Shown: one piece after another, positions 9,249 to 20,100 of the stretch
How positions within the stretch are numbered: position 1 is the first letter of the stretch
Layout: every line of letters begins with the position of its first letter
Source: Clostridia bacterium
Lineage (GTDB): Bacteria > Bacillota > Clostridia > Christensenellales > Aristaeellaceae
NCBI GenBank assembly: GCA_030530315.1
Contig: JAUMVG010000003.1
Coordinates: forward strand, 62,495 to 126,494
Reading direction: 5' to 3'
Length of the DNA stretch: 64,000 nt
Position numbers and translations under genes: made by a program
The notes under the pieces: model-generated
The model's database searches: none
The model's input: only the letters and a program-made list of their open reading frames with translations
What the model was told of the DNA's origin: nothing

Positions 9249-10418
9249 TCAGTCGTCAAACCGCTTCCGGCTGCCCAGCCGCTCGATGATGTAGTCGCAG
9301 GCCGCGTCCGCGGCATGCCCAGTTTCGTAGTAGCCGAAGTAGTCCCGTATCGCGGCGCAGTTCTCCCGGGCCTTCTCCGGGGTCAGTCCCTCGATCAGCG
9401 CCTCCAGTTCCCCCTGGTTGTGGGCGAGCATGAACGGCGTGTCGTGCACGTCGAAGTACACGCCCCGGGTGGCCACGTATTCCTCCCAGTCCGGGATGTA
9501 GAACAGCGCGGGCAGGTCCCGGATGATGAAATCCATGGCACAGGAGGAGTAGTCCGTCAGCACCATGTCCGCCGCCAGCAGCAGCTCCGCCATGTCCTCG
9601 TAGGCCGTCACGTCCACGATCCTGTCCTGCACGGCCTCGAGGTCGATGCCCGCGGACAGGTAGTGGGCCCGGAACAGGCACAGCCACTTTTCCCCGGTCT
9701 TGGCCTCCAGGCAGCGCAGCGTGCGGTCCAGGTCCATCTGGGCGCTCTTGGGCAGCACATCGGCGTTGTCCCGATAGGTGGGGGCGTACAGCAGCAGCTT
9801 CACCTCCGGCGCGATGCCCAGCTTTTCCCGCACGCGGCGGATCTGGTCCGGGTCGCTCTTCACAAGGATGTCGTTCCTCGGGGCTCCCGCCTTGATGTAC
9901 TCGCCCTTGTAGCGGAAGGCCGTGCGGTACAGGCCCTCCCCGAACTTCGAGCCGGTCATGACCCGGGCGCACTGCTCCTCGATGCGCCGGTGCTCCTTCA
10001 TGCCCAGGTCGTAGCAGATCTTCTTGATCGCCCGGTCGCCGTGCCATGTCTGGACGTAGAACTGCCTGCCCCGGGCGAGGGTCATATAGCGCTGCTTGGT
10101 GAAGTTGTCCACCCACACGCGGGCTGTGGCCTGCTCCAAGAAGGCCTCCTTGGTCTTGTAGTAGACGGGCTTGATGTAGTCCGGCAGCTCGTCCTTCAGC
10201 CGCTTCGCGGCGGCGCGGGTCAGCAGCCAGACGATCTTCGCCTGGGGGCAGCGCTCATGCAGGCGCTCGGAGATCACCCTGGGGTTGTCGCCGTAGGAGC
10301 GCCCCTGAAAGCAGCAGAAGACCACCTTGTCGGGATCGATGCCCTTGACCAGCCTCCCGCCGCGAATCAACAGATAGCGGTACGCGCTGGCCAGCTTCGG
10401 ATACTGGTCGATGCTCAT
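9249..10418 (-). CDS. CDP-glycerol/ribitol glycerophosphotransferase family (TagF/TarL-like)
   Basis: QTWHGDRAIKKI, YAPTYRD and TDYSSCAMDF motifs. Confidence 0.85.
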   Translation of the reverse strand: MSIDQYPKLASAYRYLLIRGGRLVKGIDPDKVVFCCFQGRSYGDNPRVISERLHERCPQAKIVWLLTRAAAKRLKDELPDYIKPVYYKTKEAFLEQATARVWVDNFTKQRYMTLARGRQFYVQTWHGDRAIKKICYDLGMKEHRRIEEQCARVMTGSKFGEGLYRTAFRYKGEYIKAGAPRNDILVKSDPDQIRRVREKLGIAPEVKLLLYAPTYRDNADVLPKSAQMDLDRTLRCLEAKTGEKWLCLFRAHYLSAGIDLEAVQDRIVDVTAYEDMAELLLAADMVLTDYSSCAMDFIIRDLPALFYIPDWEEYVATRGVYFDVHDTPFMLAHNQGELEALIEGLTPEKARENCAAIRDYFGYYETGHAADAACDYIIERLGSRKRFDD

Positions 10419-11635
10419 GCGCTCACCTCCCGGGTCTTTTCCTCGCCCATGCGGGCCATGATGTATCGGCAGACGGCCTCCGAGGCATGGCCCGTCTCCG
10501 TGGTGCCGAAGAATTCGTCCAGGGCCTCGCAGTTCTCCCGGGCCTTTTCGGCGTCGGTCTCGTCGATCAGCTTTTCCAGTTCAGCCTGGTCGTGGGCCAC
10601 GAGGAAGGGCGACTTCTCGATGTCAAAGTAGAAGCTGCGGCTCTCCCGCAGGTATTCCTCGGCGTCCGCGTGGTACAGGAACAGCGGCCTGCGCAGCAGG
10701 GCGAAGTCCCCGCCGCAGGAGGAGTAGTCGGTGATCAGCATGTCCGTGACCAGCAGCAGCTCCGCCATCTCCGGCCAGCGGGAGGCGTCGATCAGCCGCT
10801 CATCCCGCTGCACGTTCAGCCCGGTGTTCAGGTAGTGGGCCCGGTACAGGCACAGCCACTTCTCCCCCGTCCGCGCCTCCAGGTGGTCCAGCGTGCGGGA
10901 GATGTCCAGCACCGCGTCCTGGGCGCAGCGCTCCAGCGCGTCGCGGTAGGTGGGGGCGTACATCAGCAGCTTCACATCCGGCTCGACGCCCAGCCGCCGG
11001 CGGATCTCCGCCACCTGGGCCGGGTCGTTGCGCAGCAGCAGGTCGTTGCGCGGGCAGCCGTCCATCAGCACCTCGCCCTTGAAGTGGAAGGCCGTGCGGT
11101 AGGTGGAGGCCCCGAACCGGGAGCCGGCGATCATCATCGCGCACTGGTCCTCCATCCGCAGCACCTTGTGGGGCAGCTTCTCATTGTCGTCGCCCACGCG
11201 CTTGAAGCCCCGGTCGCCGTGCCAGGTCTGGATGTAGAACTGCTTCTTCCCGTTCAGGTACAGCGATTCGGTGTGCCGGAAGTTGTCCACCCAGAACCGC
11301 GCCGTCGCCTGCTCAATCAGTCCCTCCCGGGTGATGCGGTACTGCTTTTTCACGTAATCCGGCACCTGGACGCTGTCGATCTTGTCCTCCTGGAACAGCC
11401 ACACGATCTCGCAGTCCGGGCACAGCTCGTGCAGACGTTCCGAGATGTAGCGGGGATTGTCCGAGTAGCTTCGGCCCATGAAGCTGCTGAACACCACCTT
11501 CTTCGGGTTGATGCCATACCTCGCCTGGGCGACCCGCATCACGAGGGTGCGGTAGGCCTTGTGAAAGGGGTGCAAGATCTCAAATATCCACTGGTGCTTG
11601 CGCAGCACGATCTTCAGCTTCTTCAGCATCGACAT
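10415..11635 (-). CDS. CDP-glycerol/ribitol glycerophosphotransferase family (TagF/TarL-like), paralogue
   Basis: QTWHGDRGFKRVG, YAPTYRD and TDYSSCGGDF; stop overlaps the downstream start in ATGA (10415-10418). Confidence 0.85.
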   Translation of the reverse strand: MSMLKKLKIVLRKHQWIFEILHPFHKAYRTLVMRVAQARYGINPKKVVFSSFMGRSYSDNPRYISERLHELCPDCEIVWLFQEDKIDSVQVPDYVKKQYRITREGLIEQATARFWVDNFRHTESLYLNGKKQFYIQTWHGDRGFKRVGDDNEKLPHKVLRMEDQCAMMIAGSRFGASTYRTAFHFKGEVLMDGCPRNDLLLRNDPAQVAEIRRRLGVEPDVKLLMYAPTYRDALERCAQDAVLDISRTLDHLEARTGEKWLCLYRAHYLNTGLNVQRDERLIDASRWPEMAELLLVTDMLITDYSSCGGDFALLRRPLFLYHADAEEYLRESRSFYFDIEKSPFLVAHDQAELEKLIDETDAEKARENCEALDEFFGTTETGHASEAVCRYIMARMGEEKTREVSA

Positions 11636-11724
11636 GTCGTCTCTATCTCCCGGGTGAATGAATCAATATATCGTTATCATTATAAGTCATCCCCGGGCGA
11701 ATTGCAAGCCAAACCGCGTGCAAA

Positions 11725-11753
11725 GCGGCGGAGGGCTTCCTGCCCTCCGCCGC
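11725..11753 (-). terminator. Hairpin downstream of spo0A
   Basis: 11-bp GC stem GCGGCGGAGGG / CCCTCCGCCGC with 7-nt loop; only a weak T-tract (TTTGCACGCGGTTTGG) follows on the minus strand. Confidence 0.5.
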
Positions 11754-11781
11754 CGAGGTTCATTTCGCTTATACCCGGTTG

Positions 11782-12552
11782 TCACGCCGTCTTTCTGACC
11801 GAGATCTTGTCCGACACCAGGGCGATGAACTCGCCGTTGGTAGGCTTGTCCTCCCGCTTGAACACCTTGTAGCCGTACATCTGGTTCACGGTCTCAAGCC
11901 TGCCCCGGGTCCAGGCCACCTCGATGGCGTGGCGCATGGCCCGCTCCACCTTGCTGGCGGAGGTCTCGTACTTGCGGGCGATGCCGGGGTACAGCTCCTT
12001 GGTGATGCGGTTGATCACGTCGTGGTTCTCCAGCACCATGCGCACCGCCTCACGCAGATACTGGTAGCCCTTGATGTGGGCCGGGATGCCCAGCGTCAGG
12101 AAGAGGTTGGTGATCTGCTCGTCCACCGACTCCCGCTCCCCCTCCGCAAGGGCGTCGCCGGCGACGGCCCGGGGCGCGTCCCGGGCGATCTCCACGATGC
12201 GCTCGTAGAGCAGGTTCATGTCAAAGGGCTTGACCATGTAATAGCTGGCCCCCAGGCGGATGGCCCGCATGATGAAGTCGTCCCGGGCCAGCCCGGTGAG
12301 CACGATCACCCTGGGTCGGATGGCCTCCTCCATCGCGCCAAGCGCCTCGAGGATCATAAAGCCGTCCCGCCGGGGCATGATGATGTCCATCACCAGGATC
12401 TCCGGCGCGTGCTGCCGCACCGCGTCGGGCACCTCCATGCCGTCGGAAACCGCCGCGACCAGCTCGATGTCCGGCTTGCGCTCCAGAAAATCCGACAGCA
12501 GGCGCAGTATATTCAGGTTGTCGTCCGCCAGCATCACGCGTATCCTATCCAT
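11782..12552 (-). CDS. spo0A: Sporulation master regulator Spo0A
   Basis: Receiver domain (MLADDN, VMDIIMPRRDG) plus Spo0A-specific C-terminal motifs IPAHIKGYQYLREAV and SKVERAMRHAIEVAW. Confidence 0.97.
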   Translation of the reverse strand: MDRIRVMLADDNLNILRLLSDFLERKPDIELVAAVSDGMEVPDAVRQHAPEILVMDIIMPRRDGFMILEALGAMEEAIRPRVIVLTGLARDDFIMRAIRLGASYYMVKPFDMNLLYERIVEIARDAPRAVAGDALAEGERESVDEQITNLFLTLGIPAHIKGYQYLREAVRMVLENHDVINRITKELYPGIARKYETSASKVERAMRHAIEVAWTRGRLETVNQMYGYKVFKREDKPTNGEFIALVSDKISVRKTA

Positions 12553-12625
12553 AATCCCATCATCCTTTCAACGTATGCCGCTGAAACTGTATATGCCGGC
12601 ACACGCGGGATTATGCGTCACAGCC

Positions 12626-12658
12626 GCCCGGGTTTGTCGATTGACGGCAAACCCGGGC
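12626..12658. promoter_or_regulatory. 11-bp-stem palindrome in the spo0A upstream region containing a near 0A-box
   Basis: GCCCGGGTTTG (12626-12636) / CAAACCCGGGC (12648-12658); loop holds TGTCGAT, one mismatch from the 0A-box TGTCGAA; no T-tract on either side. Confidence 0.4.
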
Positions 12659-12708
12659 GCGAAAAGGAACCGCCTTCCCGTCGGGAGGAGCCGCCCTGGC
12701 GGCGGCCG

Positions 12709-13068
12709 TCACCGCCAGCTTCCGTACAGCCTGCCGCCTGTGCCCTCCCTCCGGGGCGGACGGGGCCGGCAGGGGTCCGGCGGGCAGGGCGGTGGCAGGC
12801 ACCGCTCCCGGCGGTCACAGGGGCCGGGCCGCCATCCGTCCCGATGGACGCAGACCGTCAGGTTGCCGCAGTCGTCCACTCCCAGCAGCACCTCGACCCG
12901 CTCTCCGGGCCGGCAGGGGTTTTCAAAGGTCACGCGCTTGCACTGGTCCGGCGGTCCCCCGTGGCCGTGCCATTCCTCAAACATCGGAAGCCGCACGCAC
13001 CTTTCGCGCTCGCAGGCGGTCCCCATGGTCGGATACAGCGGCATGGAATCATAATACATAGCTTGCAC
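12709..13068 (-). CDS. Hypothetical Cys/Pro-rich small protein
   Basis: GGAGAG 6 nt before GTG 13068 (ATG at 13059); GC3-rich codons; 13 Cys in 119 aa; several overlapping ORFs exist, so coding status is uncertain. Confidence 0.45.
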   Translation of the reverse strand: MQAMYYDSMPLYPTMGTACERERCVRLPMFEEWHGHGGPPDQCKRVTFENPCRPGERVEVLLGVDDCGNLTVCVHRDGWRPGPCDRRERCLPPPCPPDPCRPRPPRREGTGGRLYGSWR

Positions 13069-13160
13069 GCCTCACTCTCCCGGCGCGGTTCTGCCCGCGC
13101 CGCGCACTGACCGATGCCGGTCATGGTATCACTATGCCACTGGAAAGCGTTGCGTTCCGG

Positions 13161-13189
13161 TTGAAATCGAGCCCCTTTTGTGCTAAAAT
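13161..13189 (+). promoter_or_regulatory. Sigma-A type promoter with extended -10
   Basis: TTGAAA 13161-13166, 17-nt spacer ending in TGC, TAAAAT 13184-13189. Confidence 0.6.
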
Positions 13190-13217
13190 ATGCGGGCAAA
13201 CACGGGGAGGGTGCGAC

Positions 13218-14060
13218 ATGAAGGAAACGCTCCGCTCAGAGCTGAAGAACACACTATTGATCGTCATAGGCCTGCTGGTGGCCGCAGTGGCCTATCGGAT
13301 GTACCTGATACCCAACCAGGTCGTCGCCGGCGGCTTCACCGGCGTGGGCCAGCTGCTGAACCACCTGCTGGGCATCAGCGTGGGCACGGTGAACATACTG
13401 CTGAACGCCCCGCTGTTCCTGATTTCGATGAAATCCATGGGCCTTAAGTTCGGCATCCGCTCGTTGATCGCCATGTTCGCCCTGTCGCTGCTCATCGACC
13501 ACATTCCCCTGCCCCCCGCCACCGACGACATGCTGCTGGCCTCCGTCTACGGCGGCGCGATCAGCGGCATCGGCTTCGGCCTGGTGCTTCGCGGCAACGC
13601 CACCACCGGCGGCACGGACATGCTCGCCTCTCTGATGCACAGGCTCATCCCCGTGCTGCGGGTCAGCTACGGCATCTTCCTGTTCGACGGCCTGGTGATC
13701 ATCGCCAGCGCCTTCGCCTTTGAGCCCCAGGCCGCCATGTACGGCCTGATCAGCACCTTCCTGTGCAACGTGATGGTGGACCTGGTGCTGGAGGGTCCCA
13801 ACTCCGCCCAGTCCTACTTCATCATCTCCGACAAGAGCACCGAGATCGCCGAAAAGGTCCTGAAAGAGCTGGACCGCGGCGTCACCGCGCTGGACGCCAT
13901 GGGCATGTACAGCCGCACTGAAAAGAAGGTTCTGCTGTGCGTGGTCAACCGGTTCGAGTCCATGCGCCTGCGCCGGATCATCTTTTCCGTCGATCCCCGC
14001 GCCTTCGTCATCTCCAACAAGACCCACGAGGTGCTGGGCGAAGGCTTCAAGTCCGTATAG
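13218..14060 (+). CDS. YitT family membrane protein (C-terminal DUF2179)
   Basis: LIPNQVVAGGFTGVGQLL and TTGGTDM motifs; GGGGAGG RBS before ATG 13218. Confidence 0.85.
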   Translation: MKETLRSELKNTLLIVIGLLVAAVAYRMYLIPNQVVAGGFTGVGQLLNHLLGISVGTVNILLNAPLFLISMKSMGLKFGIRSLIAMFALSLLIDHIPLPPATDDMLLASVYGGAISGIGFGLVLRGNATTGGTDMLASLMHRLIPVLRVSYGIFLFDGLVIIASAFAFEPQAAMYGLISTFLCNVMVDLVLEGPNSAQSYFIISDKSTEIAEKVLKELDRGVTALDAMGMYSRTEKKVLLCVVNRFESMRLRRIIFSVDPRAFVISNKTHEVLGEGFKSV

Positions 14061-14066
14061 CAAACG

Positions 14067-14095
14067 CCGGCCGCAAAACGCGGCCGGTGATTTTT
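14067..14095 (+). terminator. Rho-independent terminator
   Basis: CCGGCCGC-AAAAC-GCGGCCGG followed by TGATTTTT. Confidence 0.85.
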
Positions 14096-14105
14096 GGAAT
14101 TGTAC

Positions 14106-14146
14106 ATGATTGTCGGCGGGTTATGAAGAAACACGCCGACAATCAT
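14106..14146 (-). terminator. 13-bp hairpin immediately after the stop of the giant glucan synthase gene
   Basis: ATGATTGTCGGCG / CGCCGACAATCAT with 15-nt loop; no clear U-tract on the minus strand. Confidence 0.45.
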
Positions 14147-14151
14147 TTGTA

Positions 14152-17100
14152 TCATCGAAGCCTGCGCGCCTTTCTCTCCGGGAACACGGCCTCGTGAATC
14201 CTCCCGTCGTCGATCAGTTCAATGAATTCCCCTTCGACCTCTTTGCCGTCCAGCGTCACGCGGGCGGCTTCTTTGTCGCAGACCAGGCGATAGCGGCTCT
14301 TTCCAAAGGGCACGGTCACGCAGGCCCGGGGCCAGTCGCCCAGCAGGGCGTTCAGCCGCACGCGGTTCTCCCGGCGCTCGTAGCCCAGCAGCTCCAGCAG
14401 GCACAGGTACAGCCAGGCCGCGGACCCGGTGTACCAGGTCCATCCGCCCCGCCCCGCTTTCCCGGGGCGGTCGTAGACGTCGGCGGCCATCACATAAGGC
14501 TCGACCCGATAGCGCAGCGCCTTCTCCTCGGTATCCGAGTGATTGAAGGGCAGCAGCATGCGCAGCGCCCGGTGAGCCCGCTCGCCGTCGCCCATGCGGA
14601 TCAGCGCCAGCAGCAGCCACAGCGCTCCATGGGTGTACTGGCCGCCGTTTTCCCGAACGCCCGGCGGATAGGCCGCGATGTACCCCGGATCCAGCCCGGC
14701 GCCGTCGAAGGGCGGCGTCAGCAGCCGGATGAGGCCGTGCTCCTCGTCCGCCAGCAGTTCCCAGGCGGCGTCCATGGCGCGGCGGCAGCGCCAGGGGTCC
14801 AGCCCGGCCAGCACCGCCCAGGCCTGGCTGATGGCGTCGATCCGGCAGGCCGCGCAGGCGGCGCTGCCCAGCGGCTCGCCGTCGTCGGCATAGGCCCGCA
14901 GGTACCAGTTGCCATCCCAGCCAAAATTCTCCACCGCGGGGCGCAGCCTTTGGCTCACCTCCGAGAGCCACGCCCTATCCCCGGCGTCCCCGGCGATTTC
15001 CCGATAGGCCTGGGCGCAGGCGATCCAGAACTCGGTCAGCCAGACACTCTCGCCCCGGCCCAGGTTCCCCACCCGGTTCATGCCGTCGTTCCAGTCCCCC
15101 GTTCCCATCAGCAGCAGGCCGTGCGCTCCGAACCGCGCCGCCCGGCGCAGCGCCCGCATGCAGTGGCCGTGCAGCGTGTCCTCGGCGGTCCCGGGGCGCA
15201 TCTCCCGGTAGACGTCCTCGCGCCCCTCGGGGATCTCCACCGGCTCCAGATAGGTCACCGTCTCCTCCAGCACCGCCGCGTCCCCGGTCCGGCGCACATA
15301 GGCCGCCGTCACCCAGGGCAAAAACAGCAGATCGTCCGACACCCTCGTGCGCACGCCCGTGAAGGACTCATGCCACCAGTGGAGCACGTCGCCGTCCTCA
15401 AACTGCCGTGCCGCGCAGCGCAGCAGGTGCGCCCTCACCCGCTCTGGCTCGTCCTGGAGCAGCGCCAGCATGTCCTGGAGCTGGTCACGAAAGCCATAGG
15501 CGCCGCCGGGCTGGTACAGCCCCGCGCGGCCCAGGACCCGGGAGGCGCGGACCTGGTGCAGGAGAAAGTCGTTGGCCAGGCGGTTCAGCCCGGCGACCGG
15601 CGTCTCGATCACCAGGCGTTCTTCGAGAGGCTTTGGTCCGGACGTTCTGGTTTCTCCCCCGCTTCCTTTTTCGCCGCCTTTCCCCGCCGCGCGGCACTCC
15701 TCCCGCAGATTTGCCGCCCGCGCCAGCGCCGCCTCCGCGTCTCCGGCCCAGCCCAGCGCCAGGTGAAATGTCTTCTCCTCTCCCTGACTGAGCCGCACCG
15801 GCAGCGCCAGCGACCAGCCCTCGCCCCCGGAGGCGGCCGCCAGCCCCATCGGCCGAGGGAAATCGCCGCCTCCCAGCAGCGCCGCGCGCCCGGGCCCGGC
15901 CTGGGCCCCGGGCTCCGCGAAGGCGAGATAGCCGGACCCAGGCATCGCGCCGGTGACCAGGCACGCGCCGGCCTCGTGCCACGCATTCAGTCGGACGGCG
16001 TCCCGGGCGTCCGTGCCCATCAGCCAGTTCACGCAGGCCAGCAGCCTGAACCGCCCCGAGCGCAGGTTTCGGTTTTCCAGCCGCACCTCGATTCGCGTCT
16101 CCGGCAGCGCCTCCGCCTGGGCAAAGCGGATCGCCCCGGCGAGCCGCCGGGTCTCAAAGGCATAGCGGGCCGACCCCGCGTCGTATCGGACCTCGAAGGG
16201 CATGGACGTGGCAACTCCCGGCAGCAGCGACAGCGCCTCGCCCCGGGCCTCGTCCAGCAGCCACAGCGTGATTCCCCAGCCCTCCCACAGGGCGTCGTTG
16301 CCATAGGGGGTCAACCGCCCGCTTCGGCTGTTGCCGCGCCAGAAGAAGCCGCCGCCCCGCTCGGAGAGCAGCGCCCCGCCGGCATCGTTCGCCAGGATGT
16401 TGCACCACGGCGCAGGCGGAAGCCGGTCCGGCGCCACGTCCACGGCATAGCCGCCCTCGGGCAGAAAGCCGCCAAAGCCGTTCCCGCACAGCCGCTCGCC
16501 CCGCCTGAGGGTGGACGCGCCGATGTCCAGAGGGCGAATCGGCATACCCCGTGGCGCGTCCAGCGCCGACAGCCTGCGGCGCAGCTGGGCATAGAAATCC
16601 CCGCCCGCGTCGAAGGCCGCGCTGGCACTTCGCTCCAAGGCCCGCCGCTGGTCCTCGGTCAGCGCGCCGCCGTCCAACAGCCACGCGCCGCCGGATACCC
16701 GGCGAAGCCGGTTCAGGTGGGAGGCGGCGATCATCGCCTCCATGGCGTCCCTCAGCGGGCGGGCATAGCCGCCCTCGCCGTCGTCCACCAGCATAAGGTC
16801 CACCTCCAGCCCGAGGGCGTGGAAAAAGGCGTGGGCCCGAACGGCCTCCCGGGCGGCGTCCAGGTTTTCCCCCGACGCGCGCACCAGCAGCATGGGACGG
16901 TCGCCGGAGAGGCCCAACGGCCAGAGCAGCTCTGGCGAAGTCCCCGGCTCCCCCGGCCTCGGGCCCCGGGCCTGGGCAGCCAGCCTGCCGTCCGCCAGAA
17001 GGGCCGCCATGCGCTGTAGCAGCGCGTGGCGCTCGTCCTTCAGGCCGAGGAAGCCCAGCATCGCCCGGGCCCGCATCGACGCCAGCCGCATGGCCCGCTC

Positions 17101-20100
17101 CGCCCGATCGGCGTTCCGGCTCCGCTCCAGCCATGCCCCGGCCATGCGCTCCTCCTCCAGCAGCGCCAGGGCAAAGGTCACCCGCGTCCTCTGCCCGGGA
17201 GCCAGCGTCAGCCGCACCCGCAGGGCGCTGACGGGGTTCAGCGTGTCGCCGGTGCCGCCGGACAGCGACCCTGTAATCCCGCCCGGGTGGCCGGTGTCCC
17301 CGGTCCGCCCGACGAGCCGCTCGTAGTCCGTTTCGAACTCCGAAGGGGCGGGCGTCGCCGCGTGGACCAGCACCGGGCACTTCTCCTCCGGGCTTCGGGG
17401 CCTGCGCCGGAAGAGCAGGCCATCCCCGGCGAGCCTCGCGCTCTCCACGAACAGGTTCTGGTAGATCGCGTGGGCCTGCCAGTCCCCGTCGGAGGCCAGG
17501 GCCACCGGCACCGCGTCCGTCAGCGACAGTCGCGCCACGCGATCCCCGGCGTTGCGCAGCTCCACGCTTCGGTACAGCGTGCCGTCCTCAGGGGAGACGC
17601 ACACCCTCAGCGCCGCCTCCACCCGTTCCAGGCGCGCAAAGGCCTCCACACCCCCAGGCTCGCAGGCCGTCCGGCTGCCCTCGCCGCCCAGCACCGCCTC
17701 CGCGCCCCGATCCTCGTCCCGCAGGTGGACGCAGGCCCGGTCGCGCCGATCCTGTAAGTCTCCGGAGAACCGGGTGGCGTTGACGCCGAAGCGGGCGTAG
17801 TATACCGCGCCGTCTGAGGTCCACAGGGCCGTCGCCCCGTCGCCGTGCAGCAGCCAGGTCCCCGGCACGGCGCTGTTGCCGTCCAGCCGGTGCGCGTGTC
17901 TCCGCTCGACGCGCCCTGGCGCGGGGTATGCTGCCAGCCTGTCCCGCCCGCGGGGCGTCGCGCTTTCACAGGGTCGCTCCTCCAGCAGCAGCGAAAGCGC
18001 CCGGGCCTCCGGCAGCCGCATGAAGTCGGCGCACAGGGAGTCCCCGGTGAGGACGTTACACAGCGCGCAGAGGATCATGCCCTGGTGGTGGGCCATGTGG
18101 CTCTTCACCAGGGAGGGCCGACCTTCGCCGTCTGGCCGCAGGCAGTCCGCGGCCTCGTACAGGCCCCACTCGCCGCGCCAGCCCAGCGCGGTCATCCTCC
18201 GCAGGTTCTCCGCCGCGGCCCGAGGGGCCAGCATCGCCGCCAGCGCCGTGGCGTAGGGCGCGATCACGTCCTCCACGGCGTTCCCCTCCAGGGCCAGCTC
18301 GCCCAGCCCGAAGGCACGGTACTGATAATTCAGCGCCGCGTCAAACGCGCAATACCCGGATTCCGAGATGCCCCATGGCCTCTTGGCGCGCCTGCCCTGG
18401 GCGCGCTGGGCCTCCACCGCCGCGCGCACGCCCTCACCCAGCAGCGTGTTCGCCGGGGCGCGGAGGAACAGCTCCGGCATCAGGTATTCAAACATCGTGC
18501 CGCTCCAGGACAGCGGCACGACGCCTCCCGCCACCGCGGTGCAGGCGCGGCCCAGCCGCCGCCAGTGGCGGATGGGAACCTGGCCCAGCATCATCGCCAC
18601 AAAGCTGAGCATGCGGGCCTCGGAGGCCAGCAGGTCGTAGTGGGACGCGCTCAGCCGGCCGGATTCCACGTCCATGCCGACGGCGAACAGCTCCAGGTCC
18701 TCGTCATAGAGGGCGGCCAGGTCCATGCCCTCTGCCAGCGCCCGCATCCGCCTCGCCAGCGCCGAACCCGTCTCCGGCGCGGCGGCGCACAGCAGCAGCG
18801 CGGCCGCCAGGTTGCCGCCGTCCACCGAGGACACGTAGCGGGGTCGCAGCGGCGCGAGGGCATCGATGTCGTACCAGTTGTACGGGTTCCCGCGCCACTT
18901 CTCCAGCCCCTCCAGCGTCGCCACCGTCCGCGCCATCCGCGCCCGCGCCTCGGGCACGCCAATGAAGCCCAGCCGCATCGCCGAGACGCAGCCGAGCATG
19001 TACAGCGCAATGTTCGTGGGCGACGTGCGCCGCGCCGGACCCACGGGCGGGTCCAGCTGCCAGTTGTCCGGCGGCAGGCCGGAGCCCTCCGGGGGCACGA
19101 CGGCCTCAAAGAAGCGCCAGGTCTCCCGGGCCAGCGCCTCGAATTTCGACCGGTCCCTGCCGCCGGGGATCTCCGGCTTCCCAATGGGTTCGTGCTCCAT
19201 GTCCCGGATCCAGCCCGGGCCTACGAGAAACAGCGCCATCAGCGCTGCGGAGGCCAGCGCCCAGCCGGGGTTGAACAGCCCGGGAACGAGCAGCAGCGCC
19301 GCGACGAAGCCGGGAAGGCGCGTCGCGGTGCTGTCGCCACTCCCCTTCTCCGCGTCCGCCGCCGTGACCCACTCCATGAGCCGCCTGCCGGACACCACCA
19401 GCCGCCAAAGCGTGCGGCACGCGGCGTCCAGGGCGCATCCGGCAAAGGCCGGCAGCAGCGCCAGCTCCGCTGTCGCCCTGCGCCATTTCAGCGCGTCCCC
19501 GCCGCCGATCTGAAGCGCCGGTTCCAGGTAGACCACCGCCAGGGCCGCCAGCAACGCCCCGGCATTCCCGGTCCATGCCCCCGCGAGCAACAGCGCCAGC
19601 AGCGCCGGGGCCCGCAGGCTGCGGACCAGGTTGTCCGCCATGCGGTAGCGCGCCGCGCCGTCCAGCCGCGCCCCGTTGGGCAGCGGCCCACGGGAGAGGA
19701 GCAGCGGCAGCAACTGCCAGTCGCCCCGCATCCATCGGTTCTGCCGCCGCAGCGCTGCGGCGAGGCTGCCGGGATAGCCGTCGAAGCACGCCACGTCGTT
19801 CAGGCGGCCCGCCCCGGCGATGGAGCCTTCGACCAGGTCGTGGCTGAGTATGCGGCCCTCGGGCAGCGCTCCCTCCAGGCGGTGGTAAAATGCGGCCACA
19901 TCGTAGATGCCCTTGCCGGCGTAGATGCCGCAGCCGGTGACATCCTGCCACAGGTCGGAGGCGGCAACGGGATAGGCGTTCAGGCCGCCATTCCCGGCAA
20001 ACAGCGCCACGAAGCCGTTGACGCACGCGGAGGGCAACATCTCCATCCGGGGCTGGAGCACCGCGTAGCCCCGGCCCTCTCCCGGCCGGTTGAGCGGATG

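Noticed and set aside
12260-13061. Plus-strand ORFs (264 aa and 89 aa) overlapping spo0A and its upstream region
   Set aside because: They are antisense to spo0A or overlap the better-supported minus-strand Cys-rich ORF. Their translations are Ser/Arg/Pro-rich and they have no RBS.
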